Origin: Klebsormidium nitens
Lineage: Eukaryota; Plantae; Klebsormidiophyceae
Length of the DNA stretch: 64,000 bases
NCBI GenBank assembly: GCA_000708835.1
Contig: DF237346.1
Span: 1 to 64,000, forward strand
Direction of reading: 5' to 3'
The position numbers and the translations under genes are program-made. This document shows positions 13,633-27,241 of the stretch, one piece after another. The notes under the pieces are model-generated. The model saw only the letters and a list, made by a program, of their open reading frames with translations, made no database searches and was not told the DNA's origin. The stretch's first letter is position 1. Each line of letters begins with the position of its first letter.

Positions 13633-16600
13633 ATCAATCTTTTGTAAGTCTGTTTGTATGATTGTCTGGCGCGTCTTCGACAATGATCATTGAGGACCAG
13701 ATGGGTCCCGGGGTCCAGCTTGATCGTTGCCTCCCTGTATTGGCATGACGATTTCGCGGTAAGGCTATTTTATTCGTGATCCTATTGGCTAAACCCTTAC
13801 CGTTTTCACCACGTGGGCTTGACACAGTTGACTCGTCAAATTGTCCCATAAACCAAATTCAATTTATACTTTTACCTATCCTTAACTCAAAACCCCAACC
13901 ATAAATTCAAAACATTCCCCGGGCGATTCGATCTTATCGCACCCGGCGGGCCGGCCTAAGCTCCAAGACTCAAGCAACACTGTACCGACCGTAACCCGGT
14001 GAGCGTATCCACGTGTCCAAACCTCGGCAAGTCTATCAGCAGTGCCCAAACTGGCCCCAAACCAAATAACCGGAACCCCGACCACGGACCACGAACAACT
14101 TCTAGGACCTAAACCCCGTCTTAACCCCGAAAAGGCCTCCCGGTTAGGGAGGCCATTTTCAGTGTAGATAACGTTACCAGCGGCTGAGGCACGGCTCCCT
14201 CAATGATGTGCACCTTAGTGCGGGGCCCCTTGTGATTTAAGCGCGGCCCAGGTGGCCAAAACCAAAAAATCATAGTCACCCGGGCCCGCCGCACATGACG
14301 TGATATATAGGGCCCAGCCAACGCGCAATGGCTAGAAGGGCGGGCCACGCCGCTCTCTTCATGGCTTTGGTACTGACCGAGTGCACGTGCACCGTTCGTG
14401 TACTAAGACCGAGCCTGCCTTGCAATCAACGTACAAGAACACTCTGTGGATAACCGTCATATATAGAGGTTCGCTAGCTCATGGTGTGGCCGAATCGACA
14501 AGCTTGGAATATAAGATCGTCGACGTGTTACGATCTAGCCTGCTTCAATGCAGAATATTGTTGGGCTGATAGCCACATCTATTTCAGCTAGCCTGCACTT
14601 AGCTGCATGCATATGTGGACCATTGTACACCGGCCAGCACGCATCATGCATGCATGAGCATGCTCTAGTACTTGAAATCCAATACGTTGGACGTGCTGGC
14701 AGTTTACACTGCTGTCCGCCATTGCCATACGCGCTGTCGCAATCAGACCAGGATGAGCTTTGATCAACGTCTAGGCAGAGGCTTTCGACGAGCTTATACC
14801 CTAGCTCCACAATCATGCTCTTATTAAAGTGGTCGTGTCAGGTATCAGCCGAATTAGTTGTTGATTACCGTTTGCCAGCGCCAGGTTCTGGCTGGGTTCT
14901 GGCATATGACGGCGAGATTCGGAAGGATGCGATACTCGACGGGCGCGGCGCTTGCCGATAACCATGGCGCGCGGCCGGCCGCGGCCCTTCAAACGACTCT
15001 GGCCGCGCGGTTTATGGTAAACCTAGGACTTTGCGCGGGTTTATAAACTCAGTTGTATTCCGCTCTCGATCGATCCGCGCGGCGCGCGGAAGCCTCATGC
15101 AACTTCAAGTTCAAGTTCAATTTCCTGTCTGGCATGAACCTCCGTCCGCTGGCCTGGTTAAGTAATTTTTGGCGTACCGGGCGCAGTCCGGGCATCCAAC
15201 GGTGAAATCGTTCTATTTTCTAAGATCGGACGGTACGCCGATTGCCTTTGCTGAACAGAAGGCTGAGTCCATCCCCGCCTAAAGGTCGCAGAAAGGAGGG
15301 ACAGCGCCCGAAAGTGGTGAAGTCCAAAATTGTTATTTTGCCCAGCACCTCAGACTGGCCGCCATGGCTGCCGACATGGCTGAAATGAGCTGGGAGCAGC
15401 ACCCATGACCAAAATTTCTCAAACCCAACGGCAACCTGAAGCTATGTGCAACCTATAAATTGAATACCAGCTGCTTTCAAAGGTAAATTTGATGCACATT
15501 CTCCCCCCAAATCCAAAATGTGCCTTTCAACCCTAAAAGGAGCCTCGGAGGCGCAATGGAGGTTTTGTTGAAAGTCGCCGGGGCAACTATACATCAAATT
15601 TTGCAATCTCAACGGCAAGACTGCTCTACAAAAAGCAATCCTAGCTTGCTGAAATGCAAAGTTTGTGGAGAAAGACCTTCTACTCTCCCCCCACAGCCCG
15701 TCCCTGCCTCCTCAAGCCCTGAGCACAAGGCAGCCATTGCGGCAGTCTTCTGCTTCAAATTACTGGCTGTAGGTGTTCCGGTTTAGGCCTTGACTTCCGG
15801 GACTTTGGTTTTACTGAGCACTTTGTCAGTCTTGGGCAACCGCTGAAAGTGCCCGGGGATTCAGCGGAAGTGACCGTCGATGTCACTTCCTCTGGTTCTG
15901 AACCGTCCGATGCACATATTTATCTGAACATTCTAGGGGACAAGAAGTTTATGCCAGACAGGAATTTGTTAAAATTGTGATCTGCTGTGGCAGTGCAGCA
16001 GTACCAAGCCTCCAACGAGCTCTCTGATTTGCAAAGGTAGAAGGTGCTTTGCAACAAGAAAGTGTTGCGCGAAAAACGTGCAGTCACTGGCTGAGGAAGA
16101 TAAGCTTTCTTTCATTAGATGCTCAATTGACAGAGGGAACTTTCTGGTCCACTCAATCTTTCCAGTAAGATCGTGCAGGGAACGGCGAAATTTGTAGTGT
16201 GGGAAAATGCAGGGCGCTTACAGCCCCGCTCCGCCTGGCCAGCTTGTGTTCAAGCAAGGGCACTCTCCAAGCATGTCCTCTGGTCCGACAGTTGAGCAAC
16301 AGCAAGCACGATTGAGGAGTCTCAGAGCAGTGGCACTCGTTCTCCAGAAGGTATCATGAGAAACTTCTTTTCCATTGAAGAAAAAACTTTGTGTTTGTGA
16401 GCAGCTCTGTGCTGCTGAGCTCGCAGTGCCCTGCCTTTTCGTACTTTAAGGTGGTGCTCCTCAGCATGCTTGTGGTGCAAAATGCAAGGAACGCGCAGCT
16501 CGATTTGGAAGAGGGGCATCTGAAAGCACACCTTGTTCTTTGCTTTGACACACTCTGCTAAGCCTGTTCAAGTTACACTTCCGTGCTTAGATTGGCACCC

Positions 16601-16802
16601 GCTATTCATGGCTTATTAATCATGCAGGACTTGAAGGTACTATGCCAGATTTATTATATTCCTGCTGTTCTTGAAAGGGCAGAATTCGGCAATCAGACCT
16701 GGCAATGCAACCCTGCCAACTACGAGGGTGGCACCACACAATAAGAAACTGTTGTTTGCAGCCCAGGTCTGTTTCTCATTGGCGCTCTATTTCATGTTGC
16801 AG

Positions 16803-17588
16803 GAGGGGGCCGCTACCCACAACTGGCGATTGCAGCGAACCCAAGAAGATCAGCAGGTGCGGCTGGAAGAGGAAGAGTCCGCACTCGCAAGGTACCAGGA
16901 AAACGCACAGCTGCTCACGAGGCTGTTCACTCCTACAGAGGAGGAGACGGAACAGGGACGATGGGCCGAGCTCAGAGAAAAAAGTTTGCAGTCTGAGTTA
17001 GATGTGGATAGGGTGAGGGCTTACGAAGGAGATGCTAAGGAACCAAGCTCAGCAGGCGCGACTGGCAGGGGGATCAGCGAGGGGGCAATCAGTGGGGGGC
17101 TCGACGTGACAGGGACACGGGGGGTTTTTGAGGATCTCGAGCAGGTGATCAAGTGCCTGCATCCAGGAGAAACCTCTGAGCAAGAGGGGAGTCGGAAGCA
17201 GGCGCTTGAGAAACTGAGAAGTTTGGCTAGGGAGTTTGAGATTGACGGAGGAGGAGGCGAGGGGTCTCTTCCTGTGTCGCCTAGAAAGGGAAAGCGGAAA
17301 GCTGAGCCTCAAGAGGAGGCAAAGGCTGGATGTATCGAGAGCTTTGGGCAGCTCCTTGTGGAGGCCGGGAATGTAACTAGCAACCTAGAGATCAGGGAGT
17401 CTGAGAGGGCATATTTGCAAGCGCTAAAGAAGGCGTGTCATTTGCCGCGCCTGCCGGAGGGAGAGGATGCGATTTCGCAGGAGTGTTGGCCAGTCTGTAG
17501 CAAGCAGTCGTGTAGGACACGTCTTGATGGAGAAGAAGAAGACGACATGCAAAGACATGTTGAGGTATTGACCAGCTGTCAATTGTGA
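16803..17588 (+). CDS. Terminal exon of a conserved uncharacterised plant-type protein; upstream exons unresolved
   Basis: Acceptor ...gttgcag at 16802, then an open frame to TGA at 17588. AATHNWRLQRTQEDQQVRLEEEESALARYQENAQLLTRLF aligns by eye with a recalled land-plant unknown-protein motif (AINEWRFSKLKE...IEVENEAFDRYMQNVSLLEEVF). Not database-verified. Confidence 0.55.
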   Translation, partial: EGAATHNWRLQRTQEDQQVRLEEEESALARYQENAQLLTRLFTPTEEETEQGRWAELREKSLQSELDVDRVRAYEGDAKEPSSAGATGRGISEGAISGGLDVTGTRGVFEDLEQVIKCLHPGETSEQEGSRKQALEKLRSLAREFEIDGGGGEGSLPVSPRKGKRKAEPQEEAKAGCIESFGQLLVEAGNVTSNLEIRESERAYLQALKKACHLPRLPEGEDAISQECWPVCSKQSCRTRLDGEEEDDMQRHVEVLTSCQL

Positions 17589-18548
17589 TTCTAATGAGAT
17601 GGCCGCTTTTGGTGCGACCTATAACGCGCCTTGTTGCCGCCTCTGCCCCGAGTCATTCATGACCAGGCTTCCAAAAATAATAGCCAGTGATTGGGTGCTT
17701 AGGGACTTACTGACGGACGACAACCAACTCAGGAAATGAGCGAAATGAGCCAGATTATAAGTTACTTACCAATAATCCAAGCCATGAGCAGAAAGTACCA
17801 TGCCATACCAATGATGCCATATACTAACCATATACCATACCACGAACTTTTGCATTAAAGTCCCCAGCCCCATGGGCCGCATCACCATGACTGCGGGCTG
17901 CGTATATATGTTGATGTAGCACATGCCATGATGCTTATATCATCTGGAGCATGGCCGGTGCATATACACAAGTTGGCCATGGGCAATGCGACTTATTCGC
18001 GCCATGTAGAATGTTGCATGGTTTCAGTCCGACATAACTCTCAGTGAGTCTGGAAGTCTATGTACGTGTCCCAATGCAGCTAGCGCATGATCTCACATGT
18101 GCAACTTTAAATCAGACGTATAGCCTGGTATACATGTTACGTTCTTGTCCAGACTCTCGTGCCGCGGCAAATCTCCCAGTATGTTGACGGACCACTGCAG
18201 CACAGGTTACCTTGATTCCTAGAGCCAACCTCAGCCTGGCCTAGGTGATCCGCGCATAGCTTCGCATACCCGTTTTCCACCACAGCCGATACATGACGTG
18301 ATCGAATCAGCTCGACCACCGGTGTCGATCAGATACTCGCTAGCCTGAGTGATGGAAAAGTAACACGTCTAGTCCAAGTCCTTTTGGACTGATTGTCTCA
18401 CCTGGGTCCAAAATACTTGCCTCGCAAATCCTTCTCAACTCGATGTTTACTTACACTATAACAAGCTAATAACCAGGTACAGATGGAAGCTCGCTGTGCC
18501 GGGCTTACGAGTATGCAACGCGAGTTATGAATCAGTGCTACACCGAGC

Positions 18549-21500
18549 TTAGGTCTTATGCCGCAACTGAAAAAAGTCTTGCATCTTGTCTGCCATGACC
18601 GGGGGCCACCTCCGTATTCTCCTCAGCCAGTCCTGATCCCGATACTTGGCGCACCCGTCATAAAGCTGCCCCGCATTGATGTTCTCGCACGCAAACTGCC
18701 ACGTGCTCTCAGCCTCTCGCTCTCGTCCCTGAATAATCAGCGGAAGTTTTCAGCATGTCAGGAGGTCGCTTCCAAAAACCGTTTGGGTTCACTTGTCGCA
18801 TCCAAAGAATTGAACAGTCTGCTCTCGAAGCAACCGCAACATTCTCAGGGAAGAAAAGCCAACATATCCGTCCAGTGATTGAAAATGGTAAAGCACACGG
18901 GCTTGCCAAAGGAGGTGAAAAAGAAAGAAGGTCTGCTCACTGTACACGACTGCGCTCAATGCCAAGTCATATACCAAATCGTATGCGAGTGTCTTCCTCG
19001 TTTTGCCCCGTTACCTGAGACCAGTAGAGGGCGGCCAGGGCCGCTCGCATGTCGATGCTCCCGGGCGCTCGCCGGGCCACAGTCGTCAGCTCTTTGAGGC
19101 CCTCCTTCTCGTTGCCAAGCTGGACACGTGAATACAAGCAAGCAGCCAAGATAAGGGGAATTGCGAGATAAGAGGTCGAGTAGATAGAAGCAGCATCTCC
19201 GAGAAACGGCGGTATTTCGAGTAACAAAAGCTTGCAGCAATTGACTTCGTGGGTCTGACTTGGAAACACGAAGAAAACCAAGTCTCAAGCAGCATACCAC
19301 AGCTTCTGTGGAGGCGGCAGATTGAGTGGGCCTCCTTTCGATCATGGCCGCCTTCGGACAATCTGCATTCTCGTAGCTTTGATTCCACACCGCCAACCCG
19401 CTCACCTGGATCTGCATGAGCGCAGCGTTGGCAGCTGAGTAGATAGCCCCGTCTAGTTGCCGGCCCTCTTGAAAACCCTGCAAAACGGGAAGAGAGTTCA
19501 GACGTCGTACGGAGGAGATGCGACGTGCACGTTTCGAAACAGTCGCTTGACAGCGCTGAGGCTTCACCTCTCAAAGCGTTGTAATAGTAAAGCAAGGAAT
19601 GGACGCAGATTCATGAGGAATGCAATTCCTTTGATCAGGGGGTGAGACACAATTGTCCTATATCCGCTTCGTGCTGGCATGTGTGCTCCCCTGTGAGCCA
19701 AATTGAATCGACACCCATGATAATAGGCTAAGTTCGGAAAAAGTAGTTTCTTGGAGGCAACAATGGAGTCGAGCAGACAGTTAGGCAGACCGGCAATGAT
19801 ACCAAAGTCGACCCGGATTGTCTGACACCGAGGAGAAATGGGGACGCTTTCCAGGCATACAAAAAAGAGTACAAGAAGCAACAACAGAGAAAAGATCAGA
19901 AACGGGAACGGTTCACTTCAGACTAGCATGAGAACGAGGATCGCCATTCCCACCTTGACGCTCAACTCGTAGTCCCGCAGCGCCTCGCTCCACTGCCCCA
20001 GCGACGCAAACGCGTTCCCTCGGCTGTTCAACACATAGGGCTCGTCAAAACCGGTGGCCTTCTTCCCCAGGCGCAGTGCGGTTGTGTAATCATCCACCGC
20101 TTTGTCCCAGTAAGACAGGCCCTCGTAGGCAAGGGCCCTGCTGGAGTAGCCCCGGAAGTTGGACGGGTTCCTGATAGAAAGCAACAATGATGTCAGCATG
20201 ATGTCATTTGTCTGAGGCGACATGAGATCAAGAGGACTCTCACGGGTAGAGCCAAAACCGACTTAGCACTCTGAACCAGAGACCAATCTGCTGAGACGTC
20301 GCTTGCGTGGATGGGATCGGAAGTTGATCAAGAGTGGAGGGGCCAGAGCATCTATCCAACTCGCTATGGGGGAATCTCTGCAGGATCGCTGGGGCATGTA
20401 TTCGAAAAGCCGCACGTTGACAGAGGTTCGCAGCAGATTGAATGATTGCATATCTATCCAGCAAGTCAAAAAGGACTTGCAAGTGTCAATACTGCCAGTC
20501 AATCAACCCTATAATGCGATAGATGATTTACAGGTGAAGTACAAAGTCCCTTCAGAATGCAAGGCTTCCGCCACTCACTTCTCAAGCACATAGTTGAAAT
20601 CGTCCAGGGCTTCATTGAACTTCTTGGAGTCCACTCGAAGCTGCACAGAAGGACTAAAAGGACTGAGTCAGAAGCTACTTCAAAAGACCACCCCATAGAT
20701 AATGGATTTTGGACAATATACCACAGAACAACATCCTGTAGGCTCAGTTGCAGGACGGCTCCGCTAAACAGAATGTTAGGCCCTTCTTGTAACAAGGACG
20801 CGCCTCTCAAACTCATGCACTCTTTCGCAGAAACTTCATGCACAGCTGATCTCTTGGACAACAATCGTTCAATACCACAAGTGCCCCGGAGACCGGCACG
20901 GTAGCCTGTGAAAAGCACGTCTCTTGCCTGACGGAACAAGTGAGTCTTCGCACTGTCAAAAAGTTTGAGGGGTTTTCCTGGCAAAACTTGTCACATTGAA
21001 GGCTGGCGGCCTGAATGACAAACTTCCGCCCCAGACCCGGCCAACTCATTATCTATACTTCGGACGGAAGTGGCAAAAAAACATTCACGTTCAGATCGAT
21101 GACTGTGGCATGGGAAGACATAGCCTCGACCAGGTTTTGCTGTGGGATGCTATCCACCTACCTGCCCTCTCGCCTCCCTCCACTCTGTCCGCTCCGGCTC
21201 CAGCGCCACCAATTTATCAAACAGCGTGCACGCCTCTGCCAGTGCGGCCCACCTGTTCTGGCTCGTGGGGTCCAAACCCCGGCCCCAGGCTTCAGACGCC
21301 TGATCTAAGAGCTCCAATGCTTGGGGAGAAGGAACACTAGAAACCACAATGCTGCCTGCCTGTGACTGTGAGGGATGCTTCAAGAACGTGGCGGTGGAAA
21401 AGAAGAGCGCGCCTGCTGCCAAGAGTGAGCGCCGCGTGCTTGGGAGTTGGGGATTTATGGGGCTCGCAGAAGGTACAGAAGTCACGCGTTTTGCAGGATT

Positions 21501-21929
21501 CGAGCAAGTGCATGGATCTTCTTGACAAGTGGAGTCTGAAGGTTGACATTGTCTGCTTTCAGAGGTGCTTGGGAGGGAAAATCTATCGCAGTGACTCTCA
21601 ATAAATCGGCTTCTGCTCCTTTCCGTCAACGTTACATGATCAGAGGTGGTCGAAGCTCTCCACTTGTCTACAGCTTGCAGACTTCTAACAGAGTTCCTTT
21701 GCGAGCTACTGCGTAAGACGCTTCCTAAAAGAGCATCAGCCAGGCCTTCCTGTGATTTCGGATCACTTTTGCCTCTTGCTCGCAGAATATGCTGATGAGC
21801 GCCGCAGCATTGTCTTCCAGAGCTGCTTCGGGCGCACGAATGGCTTCCAGAGGAACCTGCCACTAAGCCTGAGCTGCGAAGCAAGCGGCTGCCAACACAG
21901 GACTCCATGCCGTGCGCCAGTCCCTGCAT
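18549..21929 (-). CDS. Tetratricopeptide-repeat protein, probably plastid-targeted, cyanobacterial-type with C-terminal RRWPP motif, 6 exons, ~467 aa
   Basis: Exons 21929-21162, 20640-20579, 20170-19954, 19477-19406, 19119-19015 and 18728-18549 are all GT-AG and in phase (1404 nt). TPR-like segments are YSSRALAYEGLSYWDKAVDDYTTAL and VLNSRGNAFASLGQWSEALRDYE. The C-terminus reads DMRAALAALYWSQG...AESTW...DWLRRIRRWPP. The long Ser/Arg-rich N-terminus resembles a transit peptide. Confidence 0.85.
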
Positions 21930-22859
21930 TCACAACGCTGTGCTTAACGAAGGGTAGACCCTACGGGCTCACAACCTTCAAATTGACCCGGGCGCGATCG
22001 CCGCGGTCGCGCGCAAAACCACTCTATGAATTTTTCGGCGCACCGTAGACTGCCAACTCTCGTCGACACTCGTCAAATTTCTCCATCGATTTTCACGCCG
22101 CGCCGACTCCCGGTATAGTGGGTACTGACTCTCGCCGAGTCTCGTAGTGGGCTCGTAGTCTCGGACTCCAGCGCGGCCGCCCTTCAGGCTTCAGGCGCTC
22201 TTTTTCCGAATCCTAGCTTCCGCCCCACATTGATCAGCTCTTAAAGTCTAAGTCTCGAGTCTAAAGACTCTAACGATCGCGCCACTGCTCTCCTGACTTT
22301 GCAGAATTGCTTAGAGGACGTGCACGGGTCAAAGCCGTCCGATGTCTCTGACTTGTGTCAAGAGCCGTCCGATAAACTCTTCGTGGGCCGGGAGGCGAAT
22401 AAGGAAACCGGCGTATATCACGCCGTGAAGTGCAAGCATAGTTACAGCAGCTGCAGCATCAATCTTGAGTCCACAATATGAATTAATATTGGCCCAGATA
22501 CCACTAAGGATGTGTTGATAAAAACTGTTTATAATTTCAAAGACGTTCTGCTCTTGAAACCACGAAAAGCATCTTGGATTTCAGTGACATTGGTCCATTC
22601 CGCCCTAGCTAGTCTCAAATTGGCCGCATGCGTCTGATCGAACAGCATTGGAACAAGCTGTCGGAATCTCGGAAGGGCATTGCTGACATGAGTCTGCTTT
22701 GACTGTCGGCCCAGCAACTTGCCCGGACAACAACGTTAAGCAACATCTGGTTGTGCAGCCCCATTGGAAGCCTGGTACGGTATCTTAAACTCGCCTTGAG
22801 CATTTCGGCACGATCGAGCGCACGGCATTGCTTGTCCGCTCAGCACTTTATTTGCCACC

Positions 22860-25800
22860 ATGGCATTGGAGGCGCACCCCTTTACGAGCTTTAATAAGCC
22901 CGGGGCTAACGGGACGCAGACCCTCATTGGGAACTGGGTGGAGGAACGAGTGCTAGAGCAGAGCACCAGTTACTCCCGCTACAAGGTGGGATATCACCTC
23001 AACAAGTTTGTTATTGCTTTGAGGTACAATGCTGCAAGCCAGTCTTAGCGGAAGTGGCTGTTCGTCTCGTATCTGATGGTGCATGCCGCACGGCCGGATT
23101 ATTCTGCTCCAATATCCCGCGGCCGCATCCTTCTTGGTGCTCGTCACTGCACTTTGTTGCATGTGAATGTTTGAGCTTCAACTGTCACCTCCTAGACCTA
23201 GCCCCAGAGGATTCCTTCTTTTCAAAGAACTGGAAAGTGCTCAAAGGTGCCTCAATACGTGCCCACTTAAACAGCAACACTATTTTACTGCCTAATGGTT
23301 GCATTTGACATGAACCAAAAACCATAGTCAGGACAAATCCGGGTAGTTTCCCGACCTCTCTCTCAAATCTCGTACTGCCAGGAATCCACACAACCTGACA
23401 TTGCACTTGAGCCCGACAACCAATCTCGCAAACCGCTAACAAATCTAAACACCCAAGCAAAACCATCACATGAGCTCCCAGAACGTTTGCAGAGTAGCTC
23501 CCAACCTAGTTGCGTACGGTGGTGCTGACTTGACACTTTGCGTCTCTTCAGGACTGGGCCAGCACCGCAGAGAATGGCGGCAGTGTCTACCCAAGGAAGG
23601 TCCCAAGCACAGCGACTGCCATTGAGACGGCTCCTAGAGTCATGCCCACCTCAGAAGATTCTCAGGTGAGCTTTCTAAGATCACTTTACAAGCTTGTCGT
23701 GTGCAAGAATGCATCTTTCCTGGTAAGGTAGATGTAAGAAGAGCTACATGTGCAACATAGTTATGCATCTCCGAGAGTTGGAGTGCTACCTGTGGAAATT
23801 TGAGGACTTGATTGAGCAGTAGATAGTGGTGACTGGAGTGTCCTACAAACGCGCAGCTGTATGAGTCAAATTTAACAATTCGAAATGTCACAGACTTTGG
23901 TCCTCTCTTAAGCGTGAAGAGTATTGATAGACGGCATTCGAATCGCCAATTCAACGGCTTTGAGAGCGATTGGAATGTTACGACGGTTCGCATCGACGAA
24001 GGGAGTTTGGCGTAGTAAGAGCTGCCTTTCGTGGCAGTCGGAGCAATGTTTGCTGCAGCTGTCATGGAGAAGAGGTCAAACAAATTTTGGGGCACAAAAC
24101 ACACAGGCAGAGTTGAGTCTATAAAGGGCTCGCTGGAGTCCAATCTAACAAGGTAGTAGTGCTCGCAGGCAGCGGCAACTCACTTCATGACGGTAAAGCA
24201 GGAGACGTACGCGGACCCCAAACGAACTGAAACGGACGTCCGAACCGCCCACTATGTGGACATGTCTAAGCTGGGCAAGAAGGGCGCCAAGATGGTGGCG
24301 GAGCTCTGGCGGGAAGCGAGGTGAGCCCACGTCTAGTTGCTGTCGAGCAGGCTGTCTTAGGGCGGCATGACGTCGCTCGGTGTGATATTGCTTGTTGATG
24401 TCCCGCAGGGATTTGAGTCTGCCTCTAACAAGGTCGGAAGCAACCTGTGCTTCCCCGTTCATTTCAGGTTCTTCTCGAATCTTGAACAGATCCCGAGTTT
24501 CGAAGCGCTGTTGAGGCCACTTTTCTTTCGATACATCTATCAAAGAAAACGTTGTAGGCACGTCGATAGTTTCTAAAGACGAGATTTTGAAGCACCCCTC
24601 GACGTCGTCTGTTCAGCAGAAGACCTTTCTGACGATTTTTGCGCTTCCTCTCTCTCAGTGCCCTCCCAGAACCCGAGCCGCCTTCGTCTTCTTTCGAGAC
24701 TACCAACCGGACTGTGCATGGGCCCCTCGACACGTCTCTCGTCAGAAATGCGATGAAGGGAAGCAGAGTCATGAAAACCCAGGACGGGAAACTGATTCCG
24801 GCAGGTGGGTTGTACAAATCTGCGAGCGAAGTTCTAATCCCTCTTTTCAGTTCACCAGGGTTCGACCATGCACTGAGTTAGGAAGGCTTCGGTTAACCCA
24901 CAACGAGTAGCAGAACACGAAAAGCCAAGTGAGGGCTGCCTCGCGTAACCTTCTCGTGTGATCAAATCTAGGGGGAAGAAGACGAGCGGACATAGTCGAT
25001 TGTCCTTTATGGTCTTTCCGGATCAGCTACTGGGCGCCTTGCAACGAATACTCAAAACTCAGTAGATTGTCTGCTTCTTCCGACGGTGTAACGCTCCCAT
25101 GGGTTTCCGTACGGAGATCTGTTGTTGATGCTATACCCACCTTTCTTGCTCGATGCAGAATGCCGAGACGGGACCTTTCAAAGCGAGCTGGGACTTCTGC
25201 CGCTATCGAGCCTGAATCGCAATGCGAGCTTTGGTCAGGAGCCGGATCTGGTAAGCGAGTCGTCATAAGTACTGCTGACTTCACATTTGCGTTCTCCATT
25301 TGGTACCAGACAGGTACAAGTCAAGCTTCGAGGATGATTGAGCCGCTAAATATAAGTTGCAAAAGCGGAATCGTAGGAGAACCTTTCCGAAGCCAATCTT
25401 GTGAGGCTGAAGACGAGGAAGCTCTGTCTTCAACGCAGTCCTCGGTACCAATTGCACGACGATGATAGATGCAACGCTGAGAGTCGAACAGCACGACTCT
25501 GAGGAAGCAATAAGTTGGCCAAATGTTCTGCTACGACTTGTCGAGCCTCTTCTCTGAATGCCGCTGATTTTTGCGCTAAGCTTGGCTGCACTTTTGTGAA
25601 GCGAGCGTGTGTGCTGTGAAGTCCCGCGAACTGATTGCGTCCAAGGTCCCACCTTTTGGGCGAGGCATCCCTCCGCAATCCCTCAAAGTCCACCACTACT
25701 GAGGGCCTTTTAGACGCCAGTGGCTGTGCGACCGGGGAGACCTACCGGGCAGCCTCAGAGCTTTGGACGACTACGGTATAACGGCTTGAAACATAGGGAA

Positions 25801-25993
25801 GTTGTGGTCCCGCAAACGCTCAGGACTTACATGTGCATCTGCACCTTTGCAGGATGCTCCGATCACCATCTACTCCACGTCTAAGGAGGGCGACTTCGCC
25901 CAGACACGTGGCGCCGGGGCCGTGCGTTTTGGAAAGTCGTGCAGATTCAGCAAACCGATAGACGACCCGACTAAAGTGGTCACGGATCAATGA
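22860..25993 (+). CDS. Ciliary microtubule inner protein, SPAG8/FAP143-like, 6 exons, ~256 aa
   Basis: Exons 22860-22985, 23552-23665, 24169-24320, 24659-24804, 25159-25250 and 25853-25993 join in frame (771 nt). N-terminal TLIGNWVEER motif shared by axonemal inner proteins; C-terminal DAPITIYS...FGKSCRFSKPI resembles SPAG8/FAP143. Confidence 0.65.
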
Positions 25994-27241
25994 CGTTCGT
26001 CTGTTGCAGCCAAGAGATTGCTGGTCACGGTGCCCACATGTTCATTAGACCGTCTTTGGGAATATAGTGGGACTCAAAAACAGTGCTTCCAGGCTGAGGC
26101 GTGTTATTTTAAAACATTTGACTGCAAGACGGTATTGGAGATATGCGTGTACATTGCCTTCACTGCGGCGCGCCCAGCGTGAGTGCTTACATCTCGTTTG
26201 CGCTTCTGGAATCCGAGACGACTACGCACGGACACATCTGATCAGAGCAAAAGCCCATGAAAACTTTTAACCACTTCAATTGTTTTCGGCCGGCCCGGCC
26301 TAGCTGAACATGTGAAAGGTGTCTCACTAAGCAGTTAGGTATCTCGACTCCATGCCACGCGCGCAGGGGCGCCGCGCGCATGTGAGTGGCCTTCGAGTTC
26401 AGCAAAGTGGCCAACAGCGGCGAGCCGCCCCGCGTGTGTGCAATTAGCTGAAACTCCTCAGCTGCTCAACCTATTTTGGCGGCCGGGGTACCTATATATC
26501 ATGCTCAGTACGTGCCATATATACCTAGCCTGCGAATCACATATGCATATCATTAATTGTGCATGTACATTTACGGAAGCCGCCGATCCACGCCACGACC
26601 CCGGTAGGTGAATATGAGTCAAATCGTTTCATGGAGTTGACAGCCCGTGGCATAGGTATAGTATAATTAATTTACCATGTACTGACATTCAACGCTCTAA
26701 AGTACTGGAAATACTGGCTGCATGAGCTGCATGTCGGACATCACTGGGCCCGAATATTCATAGCGCATATCTTCCAATGATCGCAGGCGCCCCGTGCGGC
26801 CACATGGCGGCAAGGCCTGACTGCATAAACCCTGTCACTGTCTTCTAGATGGATGCACCATGCAACGTTGGCGTGTGCTGATGCACGGTGACGAATTTTA
26901 CATGGTGACTCATGCACCAACGTACGAGCAAACAGGGCGGCAAGGTTCTGTCCCTCTTGCGGTCTTGACGTGCTCGCATATGTTTCTCAAGTTGGTCAGG
27001 GCGGTGTAGTAGCGAATCCGTAGCTCAACTCTATTATCCTACATTCTGCGTGATCGAAGTGCAGTGTCGTCAGGCGGCGCGGGTATCCGTTCCCTGATTA
27101 CCCCTCAATGCACAGCTATGCTAAAGGTTTAAGAAACTCGGCACTGTCGCCTGTTAAAACTACCTATATACATCAAAGACAGGTATTACTCGTACAACAT
27201 TTACAGCATAGATTTCCGCAGGATTTTTAGTTCCCTCTCGT

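Noticed and set aside
13850-14130. C/A-rich tract with aaaccc-like words, considered an interstitial telomeric repeat
   Set aside because: No tandem array of a fixed telomeric unit.
6577-15234. Identical 12-mer agatcggacggt in two putative promoter regions (6577-6588 reverse, 15223-15234), plus a histone-nonamer-like catccaacg at 15193
   Set aside because: Hundreds of 12-mer matches are expected by chance in 64 kb on two strands, and no histone gene is adjacent.
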